Assembly (NCBI GenBank): GCA_046712825.1
Contig: JBKKCR010000172.1
Span: 1 to 57,611, forward strand
Length of the DNA: 57,611 nucleotides
DNA from: Actinomycetota bacterium
GTDB lineage: Bacteria > Actinomycetota > AC-67
Direction: 5' to 3'
The notes beneath the pieces were generated by a model that saw nothing but the letters and a program-made list of their open reading frames with translations, was not told the DNA's origin and did no database searches. Positions 57,559 to 57,611 of the stretch are shown here, piece by piece (the first letter of the stretch is position 1; each line of letters opens with the position of its first letter). Both the position numbers and the translations under genes were made by a program.

Positions 57559-57611
57559 TGGTGGTGGGGGGAGGGTTCGAACCTCCGAAGGCTGAGCCAC
57601 CTGATTTACAG
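57559..57611 (-). tRNA. tRNA-Tyr (anticodon GTA), 3' portion only, continues beyond the window
   Basis: Reverse complement reads CTGTAAATC (anticodon loop), a long variable arm GGTGGCTCAGCCTTC, T-arm GGAGGTTCGAACCCTCC, then CCCCACC-A-CCA. Confidence 0.8.

Overview
High-GC chromosomal backbone with actinobacterial gene order. The lineage call is inferred from synteny and protein sequences, not from any search. About 70 of the roughly 73 genes are on the minus strand, many joined by ATGA/GTGA overlaps. In plus-strand coordinate order the window holds: tsaD(partial)-rimI-tsaB-tsaE, a family-4 UDG, an alpha/beta hydrolase, alr, nnr, glmS, a DHFR-like gene, glmM, rpsI-rplM, a large orphan FtsX-type permease, truA, the alpha operon (rplQ-rpoA-rpsD-rpsK-rpsM-rpmJ), map-adk-secY, the full spc and S10 ribosomal operons, tuf-fusA-rpsG-rpsL, rpoC-rpoB, rplL-rplJ, rplA-rplK, nusG-secE, tRNA-Trp, an ECF sigma/anti-sigma pair, a GT2-like gene, a HadAB-like dehydratase pair with an SDR, rpmG, tRNA-Met, tRNA-Thr, a three-gene copper cluster, and a partial tRNA-Tyr. 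The only plus-strand coding block (33984..38168) sits between rpsL and rpoC. It encodes a membrane-anchored DltD-like SGNH protein followed by two tandem MBOAT paralogues, with no visible acyl-donor machinery. This is the best candidate here for an uncharacterised envelope-acylation module. Other anomalies: a 1-nt deletion splitting essential rpoC; truA with its conserved N-terminus encoded upstream of any canonical start codon; infA missing from its usual map-rpmJ slot; a Cys4 motif in L24; long low-complexity extensions on S3 and NusG; and a recurring TTGAC(C/G)-N17/18-TAGCNT promoter-like motif before rplM, rpsL and rpoB, with a TATGCT -10 variant before rplJ. I found no CRISPR array, transposase, integrase or rRNA.
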